DNA of 61,524 nucleotides from Akkermansiaceae bacterium (GCA_964195715.1 CAXMRU010000243.1:1-61524); one strand, 5' to 3'; shown: positions 27,273 to 38,225, counted from the first letter of the stretch. Translations and numbers: made by a program. Notes: generated by a model not told the origin, from the sequence alone.

Positions 27273-28217
27273 GTGACCATGAACGAGCGGTCTTTCGAGC
27301 ACCAGCCGGTGATGGTTGATGAGGTGCTCGAGCTGCTCGGGCCGGGACGCGGGGGTTGGTTCCTCGACGCCACGTTGGGTGGCGCGGGACACGCAGTACG
27401 GATCCTCGAGTCGAGTTCGGACACGAGACTGATCGGGCTGGATCAGGATCCGGAAGCCGTTGAGGAGGCGCAGGCGCGCCTGGCGGACTATGGCGAACGG
27501 GTGAGAGTACTGGCGGGGAACTTCCGTGAAGTGGCGGCCCTGCTCGAGGAATACATAAACGAGGGTCTGGACGGAGCGCTGCTGGATCTGGGCGTTTCGT
27601 CACACCAGATCGACACGACGGCGCGCGGTTTCTCCTTCCGCCGGGGCACACCGTTAAACATGCGGATGGGCGGGACAACCGGTGGTTGGAGGACCGCAGC
27701 CGACTTACTGAACACGGCGTCCGAGGAAGAGCTGGGGTGGATATTCCGGGACTATGGAGAGGAGCGGAGGTGGCGTGGAATGTCGCGGGAGATCGTCCGA
27801 CGACGCCAGCGAGAGCCGCTGCGCACGGCTGACGACCTGGTAGCCGCCGCTTCGGCGGCGCTCAAGAGGCCCCTGGCTCCCAGGGACAAGGCGCGCCTGT
27901 TCCAGGCGGTGCGGATCGCCGTGAACGAGGAGTTGGACTCTCTGAGGGAAGGCCTGGACGCCATCCTGGAGCTGCTGAGCGGGGACGGGCGACTGGTCGT
28001 GATCTCATACCACTCACTGGAAGACCGAATCGTGAAAGACAGATTCCGTGAGTGGAGCCGAAGCTGCATTTGCCCGCCGCACGCCCCGATCTGTCAGTGC
28101 CGCGGCCGGGCGCTGGGCCGTACCCTGACGAGGAAGCCATTGCGTCCCTCCGAGACGGAGGTGGCCCGAAACCCGCGCGCGCGCAGCGCACGGCTCCGCG
28201 GGTGGGCGAAGGCATGA
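27273..28217 (+). CDS. rsmH: 16S rRNA m4C1402 methyltransferase
   Basis: HQPVM, DATLGGAGH, DLGVSS, SYHSLEDR, NPRARSA. Confidence 0.97.
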   Translation: MTMNERSFEHQPVMVDEVLELLGPGRGGWFLDATLGGAGHAVRILESSSDTRLIGLDQDPEAVEEAQARLADYGERVRVLAGNFREVAALLEEYINEGLDGALLDLGVSSHQIDTTARGFSFRRGTPLNMRMGGTTGGWRTAADLLNTASEEELGWIFRDYGEERRWRGMSREIVRRRQREPLRTADDLVAAASAALKRPLAPRDKARLFQAVRIAVNEELDSLREGLDAILELLSGDGRLVVISYHSLEDRIVKDRFREWSRSCICPPHAPICQCRGRALGRTLTRKPLRPSETEVARNPRARSARLRGWAKA

Positions 28218-28591
28218 GCAAGAAACGGGGTGGCAGGATGTCGGGGACCGGGCGTGGCAGTTCTTCGGGCTCGACCTCCAGGAGCCGCTCGAGTCGTCGT
28301 CGCAGGCGTCCCGGTACGAGACGCCGGCAGTTGCTGGTCGTGGCCTGCCTCTCTGCGGTGGCTGGCTCACTGTTCGTGTCGGTGGATCGGACGGCCGGGG
28401 GACGGAAACTGGCGGAGACGATCAACGAGCTCAGGACGGAGGAACAGGTGCTTCTCACTCGTCTCTCAGAGGAGCTCGTACGGGTCGATTCGCTCTCATC
28501 CAGGGAGCGGATTCTGGTTGCGGGGGCTCGATTCGGACTGCGACCCGCCTCGGACGATGAGGTTCTTCACCTGCCGGACGTCGGGCCGTGA
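28214..28591 (+). CDS. ftsL: Cell division protein FtsL-like
   Basis: Located between rsmH and ftsI. Basic N-tail, single TM helix, coiled coil, GLRP motif. Confidence 0.65.
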   Translation: MSKKRGGRMSGTGRGSSSGSTSRSRSSRRRRRPGTRRRQLLVVACLSAVAGSLFVSVDRTAGGRKLAETINELRTEEQVLLTRLSEELVRVDSLSSRERILVAGARFGLRPASDDEVLHLPDVGP

Positions 28592-28612
28592 ACGGGCCCG
28601 AAGCGTGAGGCC

Positions 28613-30562
28613 ATGGGAATGAGCAAGCGGCGTAAGATCTCGAAGAGGACCCACGGTCGGCGAACACAGCTGCTCGCTGCCGGGCTCGCGGTTCTTGCTA
28701 CGGCGTTCGTGAGTCGTGCCGCACAGCTGCAGATCGTGCAGGGCGACCGCTGGCAGGCCAGTGTCTGGACCCAGACCACGGAGACCGTGGCGCTGCCAGC
28801 CGTGCGGGGTGCCATCTACGACCGGAACGGGAAGGCGCTGGCACTCTCCCGTCAGGAATACCGGGCGTTCTTCGCTCCCGCCCAGTCGGCCGACACGCGG
28901 AGGGATGCTCAGACCATCACGGCAATCCTCGACCTGTCCCGCTCTCAGGCCTCCAAACTCACGAGCCGGTCTTCCGGCTGGATCCCGATCGGGCAAGTCA
29001 GCGTGGGCCAGAAGGATGTTCTGACCCACGCTGTCGGTCCCTGCGTGGAGTTCGAACCCGTTCTGACGCGAGTGTACCCGGAGGGTGGTCTCGCGCGATC
29101 GCTGCTCGGAACGGTGACGGCGGAAGGGGAGGGCAGGTCGGGTCTCGAGCTGGTGCTCGACACACTGCTGAGAGGAATCCCCGGCGAGCTGGTGGGTCGT
29201 CGTGACGCGCGCGGTGAGCTATACCCCATGCCAGCGAATCCCGAGCGACCTGCGCTTCCCGGTAGCGACGTCTACCTGACGATAGACGCGGATCTCCAGG
29301 CGATCGCTGAGGCAGCCCTCGAGGCAGCCCTGGAGCAGACCGGCTCCTCGGGTGGCGACATCCTCATGGCCGACCCCCGGACGGGAGAACTCCTGGCCGT
29401 GGCCAGTCGACGGGAAGGCAGCGCCGGTACGATTCCGGCGTTTACCTCGCCTTACGAGCCCGGTTCAACTCTGAAGCCGTTTCTGCTCGCGACGCTGTTG
29501 GGCGAGGACATCGTAGACCTCGACGATCGAGTGTACGCGGAGGGAGGAGAGTACCGCACCGCGCACCGCGTGATCACCGACGTGCATCCCTACGATACGA
29601 TCACCGTGGCCGAAGTCATCCAGTACTCGAGCAACATCGGAGCCGCCAAGCTTTCAAGTCGAATCGAGCCGGGCCTGCAGTACCGCTACCTGAGAGACTT
29701 CGGGTTCGGAACCCCGACCGGTGTGGATTTCCCGGGCGAGTCGCCCGGCCTTCTCCGACGTCCGGATCAATGGTCGGCTCTCAGCCAGGCGTCACTGGCG
29801 ATCGGCTACGAAATGCTCACGACGTCGTTGCAGCTCATGACTGCGTACGGCGCGCTCGCGAACCGAGGCACTCTTCTCAAGCCCGTGCTTGTACGCGAGA
29901 TCCGCTCTGGAGACGAGAGTCACGACCGGCGATTCGAGGTCCGACCGATCCGTCGGGTCATTGACCAGGAGACGGCTCAAAGGGTGTCACGAGTGCTGGA
30001 GGCCGTTGTCGGTGAAGGTGGGACGGGAGCCGAAGCGTCCCTCGCGACGCTGAAGATCGCTGGGAAGACGGGTACAGCGCGAATCGCGTCGGGTGGCAGT
30101 TACGGAGATCGCAGGTATGCTGCTTCCTTCGTGGGATTCACCCCCGCAGACGACCCGCAGCTGGTGATCCTGGCCAAACTGGAGGATCCGAAGAGGTCCG
30201 TGTATGGAGGAACGACAGCCGCTCCCGTCACCCGTGCCGTTGTGCAGGCGATCCTCGCAACCCGTGGCCGCGGACTGATCGAGGCCGATCTGGACCACCA
30301 CGCCCGCGGACACCTCGACTGGGACGCCCGGGCGATCAAGTCTCCCTATCGCTTCGCGGCCTCCGAGGGCGTCACGGTGCCGAGGGAGGAGCCGGGCGAC
30401 CTGGAGGTGCCGAATCTGAGGGGGCTCGAAATGCGGGTGGCCGTGGCCCGCCTGCACACCCTCGGCCTCAGGGTCGAGCTGAGGGGAACAGGTCGCGTGG
30501 CACGGCAGGAGCCCGCCGCGGGAACGCGCGCCGTTCGAGGCGCGACGATCCTGCTTCGTTGA
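28613..30562 (+). CDS. ftsI: Class B penicillin-binding protein with a PASTA domain
   Basis: RGAIYDRNG, EPGSTLK (SxxK), SSN, KTGT, C-terminal PASTA domain. Confidence 0.93.
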   Translation: MGMSKRRKISKRTHGRRTQLLAAGLAVLATAFVSRAAQLQIVQGDRWQASVWTQTTETVALPAVRGAIYDRNGKALALSRQEYRAFFAPAQSADTRRDAQTITAILDLSRSQASKLTSRSSGWIPIGQVSVGQKDVLTHAVGPCVEFEPVLTRVYPEGGLARSLLGTVTAEGEGRSGLELVLDTLLRGIPGELVGRRDARGELYPMPANPERPALPGSDVYLTIDADLQAIAEAALEAALEQTGSSGGDILMADPRTGELLAVASRREGSAGTIPAFTSPYEPGSTLKPFLLATLLGEDIVDLDDRVYAEGGEYRTAHRVITDVHPYDTITVAEVIQYSSNIGAAKLSSRIEPGLQYRYLRDFGFGTPTGVDFPGESPGLLRRPDQWSALSQASLAIGYEMLTTSLQLMTAYGALANRGTLLKPVLVREIRSGDESHDRRFEVRPIRRVIDQETAQRVSRVLEAVVGEGGTGAEASLATLKIAGKTGTARIASGGSYGDRRYAASFVGFTPADDPQLVILAKLEDPKRSVYGGTTAAPVTRAVVQAILATRGRGLIEADLDHHARGHLDWDARAIKSPYRFAASEGVTVPREEPGDLEVPNLRGLEMRVAVARLHTLGLRVELRGTGRVARQEPAAGTRAVRGATILLR

Positions 30563-32097
30563 CGACAGCGGTGGAACGTCCGGTGGCTTCCTCAGACCGG
30601 GCAGGACGAATCGAGAACGTAGAATCGAATCCGGATGTGATACAGAGAACGACACTCGAGCGTAGATTGCAGGCACGCGGGCTGGCCCCTCGATGGGAGG
30701 GAGAACCACCCCCCGGCTTCGCTGACGTCGTCACGGATTCCCGGGAGGCAGGTCCGGGAGTTCTGTTCTGCGCACTGCGCGGCACCGAATTCGACGGACA
30801 CGACTACGTCGCCAGGGCCGCGGCCGCTGGAGCGGCCGCGGCCCTGGTCGAAGAAGCCGTCCCGGACACCGACCTTCCCCAGCTCGTCGTCTCTGATTCA
30901 CGTGCCGCGACTGCCCACGTGGCGTCGCTCCTTCACGGTGATCCTGGCTCACGGCTCTCGCTGGTCGGCGTGACGGGCACCAACGGCAAGACCACGACGG
31001 CCCTGATCGCCAGGCACATCCTGGCTGGCGAGGCTCCCGCGGCCGCCGTCGGTACGCTCGGCTGGTTCGACACTGAGGGCAGTCGGCACGCCGGTCGCCT
31101 CACGACCCCAGACCCCCTCGAGCTCATGGCGACGCTTAGTGATCTCGTGGACGCTGGAGCGCGGTTCGTGGCGATGGAAGTCTCGTCTCACGCGCTGGAC
31201 CAGCGCAGGATCGCCGGTCTCGAATTCGACATAGGGATCTTCACGAACCTGACGCGGGAGCACCTGGACTACCACCCCGATCTCGCCACGTATCGCGAAG
31301 CCAAGCTGAGACTGTCCGGGCACGTGCGGCGGGATGGAACCTGTGCGATCAACGGCGACGATCCGGCCTGGGCCGGGGAGACCTACGGCGGTCGGAAAGT
31401 CGTCCGGTACGGCCTGGGCTCCTCCTCGGAGGTTCGAGCGGTCCATGTCCGGCACACGGTATCGGGAAGCGAGTGGGAACTGCAGACGCCCGAAGGAAAC
31501 TGGCCGGTTCGATTGCCTCTTCTCGGAGAGTTCAACGTATACAACGCACTCGCGGCGGTGGCGGCGGTGCGCGGGCTCGGCATGGACGTCGCAGCGGCAG
31601 CAACCCGACTCGAGACGGCGCCGCAGATCCCCGGCCGGATGGAGATGCTCTCGAGTCGGCCGACTCTCGTGCTTCGCGACTACATGCACACGCCCGACGC
31701 GTACACGCGTGTGCTGCAGGCCCTCCGGGAGCTGACGTCGGACCGTCTGTTCATCGTGTTCGGGTGCGGCGGCGATCGGGATCGGGGAAAACGTCCGATC
31801 ATGGGCCGGATCGCGGCCGACCTGACCGACCTGGCGATCGTCACGACCGACAATCCCCGCTCCGAGGATCCGATAGACATCTGCCGCGACATCACGGAAG
31901 GAATGGATCCGGGCTCGTACGAGGTCATCCTCGACCGGGAGGAGGCGATCGATTTCACGCTGCGCGAAGCGCGGCAGGGCGATGTCGTGCTACTGGCCGG
32001 CAAGGGTCACGAGACCTATCAGGATGTTGCCGGCGAGCACATCCACTTTGACGAGGCGGCCATCGTGGCGGCGCGTACGAGTGGAGTGATGCGGTGA
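30559..32097 (+). CDS. murE: UDP-MurNAc-tripeptide synthetase (meso-DAP type)
   Basis: GTNGKTT, MEVSSH, GCGGDRD, DNPR, AGKGHE. Confidence 0.96.
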   Translation: MTTAVERPVASSDRAGRIENVESNPDVIQRTTLERRLQARGLAPRWEGEPPPGFADVVTDSREAGPGVLFCALRGTEFDGHDYVARAAAAGAAAALVEEAVPDTDLPQLVVSDSRAATAHVASLLHGDPGSRLSLVGVTGTNGKTTTALIARHILAGEAPAAAVGTLGWFDTEGSRHAGRLTTPDPLELMATLSDLVDAGARFVAMEVSSHALDQRRIAGLEFDIGIFTNLTREHLDYHPDLATYREAKLRLSGHVRRDGTCAINGDDPAWAGETYGGRKVVRYGLGSSSEVRAVHVRHTVSGSEWELQTPEGNWPVRLPLLGEFNVYNALAAVAAVRGLGMDVAAAATRLETAPQIPGRMEMLSSRPTLVLRDYMHTPDAYTRVLQALRELTSDRLFIVFGCGGDRDRGKRPIMGRIAADLTDLAIVTTDNPRSEDPIDICRDITEGMDPGSYEVILDREEAIDFTLREARQGDVVLLAGKGHETYQDVAGEHIHFDEAAIVAARTSGVMR

Positions 32098-33455
32098 TGG
32101 CTGCCCGGTTCACCGCTACGGAAGTGCGCCGTGTCCTCGGCCTCTCCGAAATCGCGATGTCAGGATCCTTCACGTCGGTTTCGACCGATACACGAGATCT
32201 GCAGCCTGGAGCGCTGTTCGTGGCGCTGCAGGGCGATCGGTTCGACGGTACTGATTTCGTGATGGAGGCCGAGCGCCTCGGAGCGGCCGGCGCCGTCATC
32301 CCGGCATTGGCAGGCGAGCCCCCGGTGGACCTGACCCTGTTCTCGGTGGACGACACGACCGTCGCCCTCGGCGATCTGGCCCGTTGCCACCGCCAGAGGT
32401 GCGAGGCCCGCGTGGTGGGTGTGACCGGATCTTCCGGCAAGACGACGGTCAAGGAGATGCTGGTGCGAGCCATCTCTCCGGAGCGCCGCGTCCACGCTAC
32501 GGTGGGAAACCTGAACAACCAGGTCGGTCTTCCCCTGTCAATTCTTGCCGCTTCGGACGACACCGAAGTATGGGTGCTCGAGCTGGGCGCGAGCGAGCCC
32601 GGTGAGATCCGCCGCCTCACTTCGATTGCGGAGCCCGACGATGCCGTGGTCACCACCGTGGGGCCGGCTCACCTGGAAGGTCTGGGCGACATCACGGGCG
32701 TGCTCGAAGAAAAACTCGACCTCGTGCGCGGGGCATCACGATCGGGATCTGTGGTGGTGGGGGAACTGCCTGAGATGCTGCCGGAGCAGGCGCGAGAGAT
32801 CCGGGACGATGTGGTGACCGCCGGGCTTGGGTCGCGGTGCGATTTCCGCCCTGCGGAATGGAGTCTCGGGCCGACCGAGGCACGCTTCCGGCACGAGGGA
32901 ACCGACTACTCGGTCCCGGTGGGAGGCGAGCATCACCTGCGGGACGCTTTGATCGCCACCGCGATGGCGATGGCGGTGGGCGTCGGCCCGGCTGCGATCG
33001 CACGCGGGCTGGCGGAGTACCGACCGGTCGGCATGCGGGGCGCTCTGGTGGAAGTCGGGGAGCTGACGATCGTGGCGGACTGCTACAACGCGAACCCGGA
33101 GTCCTTCGAAGCTGCGATCCGGTACTGTGCGGACTCGTTTCCTGGCCGTCGACTCGGGGTCGTCGCCGGGACGATGCTCGAGCTAGGACCGGCCGAGGCC
33201 TCCGCGCACGCGCACGTCGCGATCGCACTCCTCGATTCCGGCTTCTCGCTGATCGTGGCCGTCGGCGCTTTTCAGATCGCCTTCGAATCCATGCAGGTCC
33301 CTGCGGACGTGGAGGTTGTGTACGCGGAGCGTGTCGAAGCCGTCTCGGACCTCCTTGCCGACCGGCTCGACGGTAGCGAGGTGCTGCTTGTGAAGGGGTC
33401 CCGCGGCGTGCGACTCGAGCGCGTGATCGACGATCTGGTGGGAGGAAGCGGCTGA
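32094..33455 (+). CDS. murF: UDP-MurNAc-pentapeptide synthetase
   Basis: GSSGKTTVKE, NNQVGLP, DCYNANP, KGSRG. Confidence 0.96.
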   Translation: MMAARFTATEVRRVLGLSEIAMSGSFTSVSTDTRDLQPGALFVALQGDRFDGTDFVMEAERLGAAGAVIPALAGEPPVDLTLFSVDDTTVALGDLARCHRQRCEARVVGVTGSSGKTTVKEMLVRAISPERRVHATVGNLNNQVGLPLSILAASDDTEVWVLELGASEPGEIRRLTSIAEPDDAVVTTVGPAHLEGLGDITGVLEEKLDLVRGASRSGSVVVGELPEMLPEQAREIRDDVVTAGLGSRCDFRPAEWSLGPTEARFRHEGTDYSVPVGGEHHLRDALIATAMAMAVGVGPAAIARGLAEYRPVGMRGALVEVGELTIVADCYNANPESFEAAIRYCADSFPGRRLGVVAGTMLELGPAEASAHAHVAIALLDSGFSLIVAVGAFQIAFESMQVPADVEVVYAERVEAVSDLLADRLDGSEVLLVKGSRGVRLERVIDDLVGGSG

Positions 33456-34561
33456 TGCTGTACGAGCTTCTGTTCCCGCTCGCGGACCGCCACATCATCT
33501 TTAACGTGTTTCAGTACATATCCTTCCGTGCCGCGGGAGCAATGGTCACGGCGCTCCTCGTATCGTTCCTGGCCGGTCCGGTCGTCATTCGTCGTCTGCA
33601 GCGGGGCAATGTCGGCCAGGTAATACGTGTCGATGGACCGAGATCACATCAAAAGAAGGCTGGAACGCCGACAATGGGCGGAGTGATCATGCTGATCGCG
33701 ATCGTCACCTCGGCATTGTTGTGGGCGAAGATCGGTGACACGTATGTGAACATCGCACTTGGAATGACCCTCGTGATGGGGGGGATCGGGTTCTGGGATG
33801 ACTACCTCAAAGTCGTCCGGCACGAGTCGAAAGGGCTGATCGCGCGGCAGAAGTTCTTGTGGCAGATGGTCGCCGGACTCGCGCTCGGGATTCTGCTGAT
33901 CAGCCAGCCCCTGTCAACTCACGACGTGACTCATCGGCTCGTGCCGTTCCTCAAGAATGTCCACATCGTGCTGATTCCTGTGTTGTTTCCCCTGTTCGTG
34001 GCGCTGGTGGTCGCGGGGAGCGCCAATGCGGTCAACCTGACGGACGGGCTCGACGGTCTGGCCGCCGGCCTGAGCGCCATCGCCGCCCTTGCGTTCGCCG
34101 TGTTCGCCTACGTGATGGGTCGGGTCGACACCTCTTTCTATCTCGGTTTTCCGTATCTGCCCGGAGCCGGAGAACTCACGGTCTTTTCGGTGGCGGTGGC
34201 TGGATCCGCGATCGGTTTCCTGTGGTTCAACGCACCGCCCGCCCAGGTGTTCATGGGCGATACGGGGTCTCTGGCCTTGGGTGGGGCGATCGGAACCGTG
34301 GCCGTGCTGCTCAAATCCGAGCTGCTGCTGTTCATCGTGGGCGGGATGTTCGTGCTCGAGGTCCTCTCCGTGATGATCCAGACCTCCGTGTTCAAATTCA
34401 CGCGGGTGCGGACCGGTACGGGTCGGCGCGTCTTCCGCATGGCGCCCCTCCACCACCACTTCGAGCAGTTGGGGTGGCCCGAGACACGGGTCGTGATCCG
34501 GTTCTATATCGTGGCGATCATCTTCGCGTTGACCGGTCTCGCGACCATGAAGGTGCGATGA
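33455..34561 (+). CDS. mraY: Phospho-MurNAc-pentapeptide transferase
   Basis: GTPTMGG, DDYLK, NAVNLTDGLDGL, FMGDTGS, APLHHHFE. Confidence 0.98.
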   Translation: MLYELLFPLADRHIIFNVFQYISFRAAGAMVTALLVSFLAGPVVIRRLQRGNVGQVIRVDGPRSHQKKAGTPTMGGVIMLIAIVTSALLWAKIGDTYVNIALGMTLVMGGIGFWDDYLKVVRHESKGLIARQKFLWQMVAGLALGILLISQPLSTHDVTHRLVPFLKNVHIVLIPVLFPLFVALVVAGSANAVNLTDGLDGLAAGLSAIAALAFAVFAYVMGRVDTSFYLGFPYLPGAGELTVFSVAVAGSAIGFLWFNAPPAQVFMGDTGSLALGGAIGTVAVLLKSELLLFIVGGMFVLEVLSVMIQTSVFKFTRVRTGTGRRVFRMAPLHHHFEQLGWPETRVVIRFYIVAIIFALTGLATMKVR

Positions 34562-35964
34562 TCGGGAAGATGAAGACGCGGCGTCCCCCGGCGTTCGAGC
34601 CCGGGACTAAGGTGGCCGTGCTGGGGCTTGGAGTGTCGGGCGAGGCTGCCGCCCGCCTGGCGTCCGCGCGTGGCGGGACCGTGTATGCAAGCGATGTGTC
34701 GGCCGAGCGCGGGCCGGCCGAGGCGGCCGCGCGGCTACAGGCCGAGGGAATCTCTGCCGAGGCTGGTCGGCACGACGTGGAGCGAATCCTGGCCGCGGAC
34801 CTGGTCGTGGTCAGTCCCGGGATCGGTCCGGCGACGGAGATCCGTGGTCGCATCGGCGAGGCCGGCATCCGGACCATCGGCGAGGTGGAGCTCGCGTGGC
34901 GGGATCTCAGCAGCCGAGTGATCGCGATCACGGGCACAAACGGGAAGACGACCACGACCGGTCTGGTGGCACACGTGCTCGCGACCGCCGGCGTCGAGGT
35001 GACGGCGGCGGGCAACATTGGCCACGCTCTGTCCGACATCGCAATGAGATCGCCGCAGCCCGCCTGGGTCGCCCTCGAGTTGTCGAGCTTTCAGCTTGCC
35101 GATCAGGATACCGTGTCCCCGGATATCGGCGTTCTCCTCAACCTGTCACCCGATCACCTCGACAGGTATCGCGACGTCGAGAGCTACTATGCGGACAAGG
35201 GACGACTGTTCGATGGCGCCGGACCCGAGTCGCGCTGGGTGCTGAACGCGGACGATCCGCGTAGCCTGGCCCTCGCGGAGGGCGTGGACGGGCAACGATT
35301 CCTGTTCTCAACGGCCGGTCGCGTGGACCGCGGGGCGTTCCTCGGAGCGGATGGCGCCCTTCGGTGCCGGCTCGATGCGGAGGACATCTGGCTTCCGGCA
35401 TCTGACCTGAGACTCCTCGGGCCTCACAACGTGGCCAACGCTCTGGCGGCTGGCCTGGCGTGCGCGCTCGCGGGGGTAGGAGCGGATGCGATCCGGCAGG
35501 GCCTCGCCTCGTTCGAAGCCCTGCCCCATCGCCTGCAGCCGATAGGGGAACGAGCCGGCGTGCTGTGGGTGAACGACTCGAAGGCCACCAACGTGACCGC
35601 GACCACAGTCGCCCTGCGCTCGTTCGATCGCCCCGTCGTGCTGATCCTCGGGGGACGACACAAGGGCGAGCCGTACTCGGGCCTGGTCACGGATCTCAAG
35701 CAACATGCCCGGGCCGTAGTGGCTTTCGGAGAAGCCGCTCCACGTATCTTGTCTGATCTCGGCGGCAGTGTCGGGACGCTCAGGGTTGAAAGCGGCCTGG
35801 ACGCCGTCGTGCGAGCGGCGGCCGATCTCGCACAGCCGGGGGACGTCGTCCTTCTCTCCCCGGCCTGCAGCAGCTTCGACATGTTCCCTGACTACCGCGA
35901 ACGCGGACGGGCGTTCGAGGAAGTGTACCGGGACCTTCCCCCGGGACACGGGAGCGCGGTGTGA
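34558..35964 (+). CDS. murD: UDP-MurNAc-L-Ala--D-Glu ligase
   Basis: GLGVSG, GTNGKTT, ELSSFQL, NDSKATN, SPACSSFD. Start trimmed to the ATGA overlap at 34558. Confidence 0.96.
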   Translation: MIGKMKTRRPPAFEPGTKVAVLGLGVSGEAAARLASARGGTVYASDVSAERGPAEAAARLQAEGISAEAGRHDVERILAADLVVVSPGIGPATEIRGRIGEAGIRTIGEVELAWRDLSSRVIAITGTNGKTTTTGLVAHVLATAGVEVTAAGNIGHALSDIAMRSPQPAWVALELSSFQLADQDTVSPDIGVLLNLSPDHLDRYRDVESYYADKGRLFDGAGPESRWVLNADDPRSLALAEGVDGQRFLFSTAGRVDRGAFLGADGALRCRLDAEDIWLPASDLRLLGPHNVANALAAGLACALAGVGADAIRQGLASFEALPHRLQPIGERAGVLWVNDSKATNVTATTVALRSFDRPVVLILGGRHKGEPYSGLVTDLKQHARAVVAFGEAAPRILSDLGGSVGTLRVESGLDAVVRAAADLAQPGDVVLLSPACSSFDMFPDYRERGRAFEEVYRDLPPGHGSAV

Positions 35965-37109
35965 GCACCTCCCGAGTGCTCCGTGGCTTCCCGGTGCGTC
36001 CGGCGAGCTCCCGCCCTTCGGTGACGGGGCGGTCGCTGCTGCTGGTTACCGTGTCGCTAGTGGTGTTCGGGCTGATCTCGGTCTACAGCGCCAGTTCCTA
36101 CGTGGCCCAGCTCAAGGGGCTCGAGGATAGCTACTACCTGTTCCAGCAGATCAGCCGGGCCGCCGTAGGATTTGTTGTACTCGCATTGGCGAGCGTGATC
36201 GATTACCGGCTGTATCGCCGCGTCGCGTGGCCCCTGCTCGGCCTCACATTCCTGCTCCTGATCGTGCTGGTTTTCCCAGGCACCGAGTCGATCGCGCCCC
36301 GCGTCAACGGCGCGCGCCGTTGGCTCGACCTTGGAGTCACCGTGCAGCCGTCGGAGCTGGCGAAGATCTCCGTGGTGCTGTGGACGGCCGCCGTAGCCGT
36401 GAAGAAGCAGGATCGTCTGCACAGCTTCCGTTACGGGCTCCTTCCGTTCCTGCTCGTCGTGGGTCTCGTCTGCGTCCTCGTCCTGCTGGAACCGCACTTC
36501 TCGGCGACGGTCATGATCGCGGCGGTGGCCGCGACGATCCTGTTCACCGCCGGCGCGCGGTTTGGCCACTTCGTGGCGCTGGGGGCCGCGGCTCTTCCCT
36601 TGCTGTGGATGCAGATCATGGGCAGTGGATACCGGATGGCTCGGGTCACGGCGTTCATGAACCCGGATTCGACAGCGGCGGCCGGAGGATACCAACTGAA
36701 GCAGTCGCTCATGGCCGTCGGGTCGGGCGGGATGTTCGGAGTCGGATTCGGGCGGAGCAACCTCAAGATGTCGTATCTCCCGGAGCCCCAGAACGACTTC
36801 ATCTTCTCGATCATCTCTGAGGAGTGGGGGTTCATCGGGGCTGCCGCGGTAATCGTGCTGTTCCTGGCGTGGGCCCTGCTCGGCCTGCGGATATCGAGAT
36901 CGGCACCCGACCTGTATGGGCAGCTGGTGGCTGTCGGAATCACGGCTCTCGTGGCTTTCGCGGCCTTCGGCCACATGGGCGTCGCTCTCGGTCTGCTTCC
37001 CACGACCGGCATCAACCTGCCGTTCATCTCTGCGGGCGGAACGAACCTGATCCTCATGCTCGGCGCGACGGGGATCCTGCTCAACGTCTCGAAAGGAGGG
37101 AAAGCCTGA
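35961..37109 (+). CDS. ftsW: SEDS glycosyltransferase FtsW
   Basis: NGARRW, QPSELAK, GYQ, LPEPQNDFIF, LPFISAGG. Confidence 0.95.
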   Translation: MSTSRVLRGFPVRPASSRPSVTGRSLLLVTVSLVVFGLISVYSASSYVAQLKGLEDSYYLFQQISRAAVGFVVLALASVIDYRLYRRVAWPLLGLTFLLLIVLVFPGTESIAPRVNGARRWLDLGVTVQPSELAKISVVLWTAAVAVKKQDRLHSFRYGLLPFLLVVGLVCVLVLLEPHFSATVMIAAVAATILFTAGARFGHFVALGAAALPLLWMQIMGSGYRMARVTAFMNPDSTAAAGGYQLKQSLMAVGSGGMFGVGFGRSNLKMSYLPEPQNDFIFSIISEEWGFIGAAAVIVLFLAWALLGLRISRSAPDLYGQLVAVGITALVAFAAFGHMGVALGLLPTTGINLPFISAGGTNLILMLGATGILLNVSKGGKA

Positions 37110-37112
37110 ATC

Positions 37113-38225
37113 GTGGCGCATCGCATCCTCCTTTCGGGAGGCGGGACGGGTGGGCACCTGTATCCGGCCTTGAATCTCGCCGCGGCCCTGAGACGAGCGG
37201 CGCCGGACGCGCAGCTCATGCTGGTCGGGGCGCGCCGCGGGATCGAAGCGAGCGTGCTTCCCGACTCCGGCTGGCCCTATCGGCTGCTGCCGCTGGAGCC
37301 CCTGTATCGGTCCCGTCCGTGGCGGAACTGGCGGCTGATGTCGAGCCTTCCCGCCGTTGTCGCGGGCCTGGGCCGCATTTTCGCCGACTTGAAGCCCGAC
37401 CTGGTCGTGGGGACCGGAGGCTACGCGTCGGGACCCGCGGTCGCATGGGCCGCCTCCAGGGGAACGCGCACGGCACTCCAGGAGCAGAACGCGATGCCCG
37501 GCCTGGTGACCCGCGTACTCTCTTCACGCGTGGATCAGGTACATCTCGGATACCCGGAGGCGCGCAGCCGGATCAGGCCCGGTCGAAGCACACGCGTGTT
37601 CGAGTTCGGCAATCCCGTAGCGGTCGGAGAGGCGGCCAATCCGTTCGATTGGCCCAAGGGCAGGGTAGTCGTCGCCTTCGGGGGCAGTCAGGGGGCCCTG
37701 GTGCTCAACGAGCTTCTCATGGAGGGGCTCGAGTCTGTCGTCGATTGGCCCGCGGACGTCACGGTCGTGTGGATCTCGGGGAAGGCGCACCACGATTCGG
37801 TCGCGGCCCGAGTGCTCGAGTGCCGGTGGGCCTCCCGCATACGGGTCGTGCCTTTCATCCAGGATCTCGGCGCGCAGCTTGGCGGGGTTCGTCTCGCCGT
37901 CTGCCGGTCGGGTGCGATGACTTGCGCGGAGCTGGCCGCTTTCGGGGTGCCGGCGCTCCTGGTTCCGCTTCCCTCGTCGGCCGGCGACCACCAGCGATAC
38001 AACGCGGCGGCATTCGTCGCATCAGGAGCTGCCCTGATGCGCGAGGAGGGCGCAGTGAGCGGCCGTGATCTGTGGAGGGACGTGTTTGCCATCCTCGACG
38101 ACGAGGCGCGATTGGTCGCCATGGCGCGGGCCAGCCGCGAGCGCGGTCGGCCCGCCGCCGCCGATCGGATCGCGAGCGAGTTGCTGCGGCTGGCCGACGG
38201 GTCGTCCGGGAGGAAAGATGACTGA
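37113..38225 (+). CDS. murG: Lipid II GlcNAc transferase
   Basis: GGGTGGHLYP, GGYAS, EQN, GGSQGA, HQ..NA. Confidence 0.97.
   Translation: MAHRILLSGGGTGGHLYPALNLAAALRRAAPDAQLMLVGARRGIEASVLPDSGWPYRLLPLEPLYRSRPWRNWRLMSSLPAVVAGLGRIFADLKPDLVVGTGGYASGPAVAWAASRGTRTALQEQNAMPGLVTRVLSSRVDQVHLGYPEARSRIRPGRSTRVFEFGNPVAVGEAANPFDWPKGRVVVAFGGSQGALVLNELLMEGLESVVDWPADVTVVWISGKAHHDSVAARVLECRWASRIRVVPFIQDLGAQLGGVRLAVCRSGAMTCAELAAFGVPALLVPLPSSAGDHQRYNAAAFVASGAALMREEGAVSGRDLWRDVFAILDDEARLVAMARASRERGRPAAADRIASELLRLADGSSGRKDD

Noticed and set aside
33859-34557. Apparent 701-aa MurD with an N-terminal extension (similar extensions on murC, murB, ftsA, rplM and the peptidase)
   Set aside because: The extensions overlap upstream genes in another frame. 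The true starts sit at stop/start overlaps or after SD sequences.
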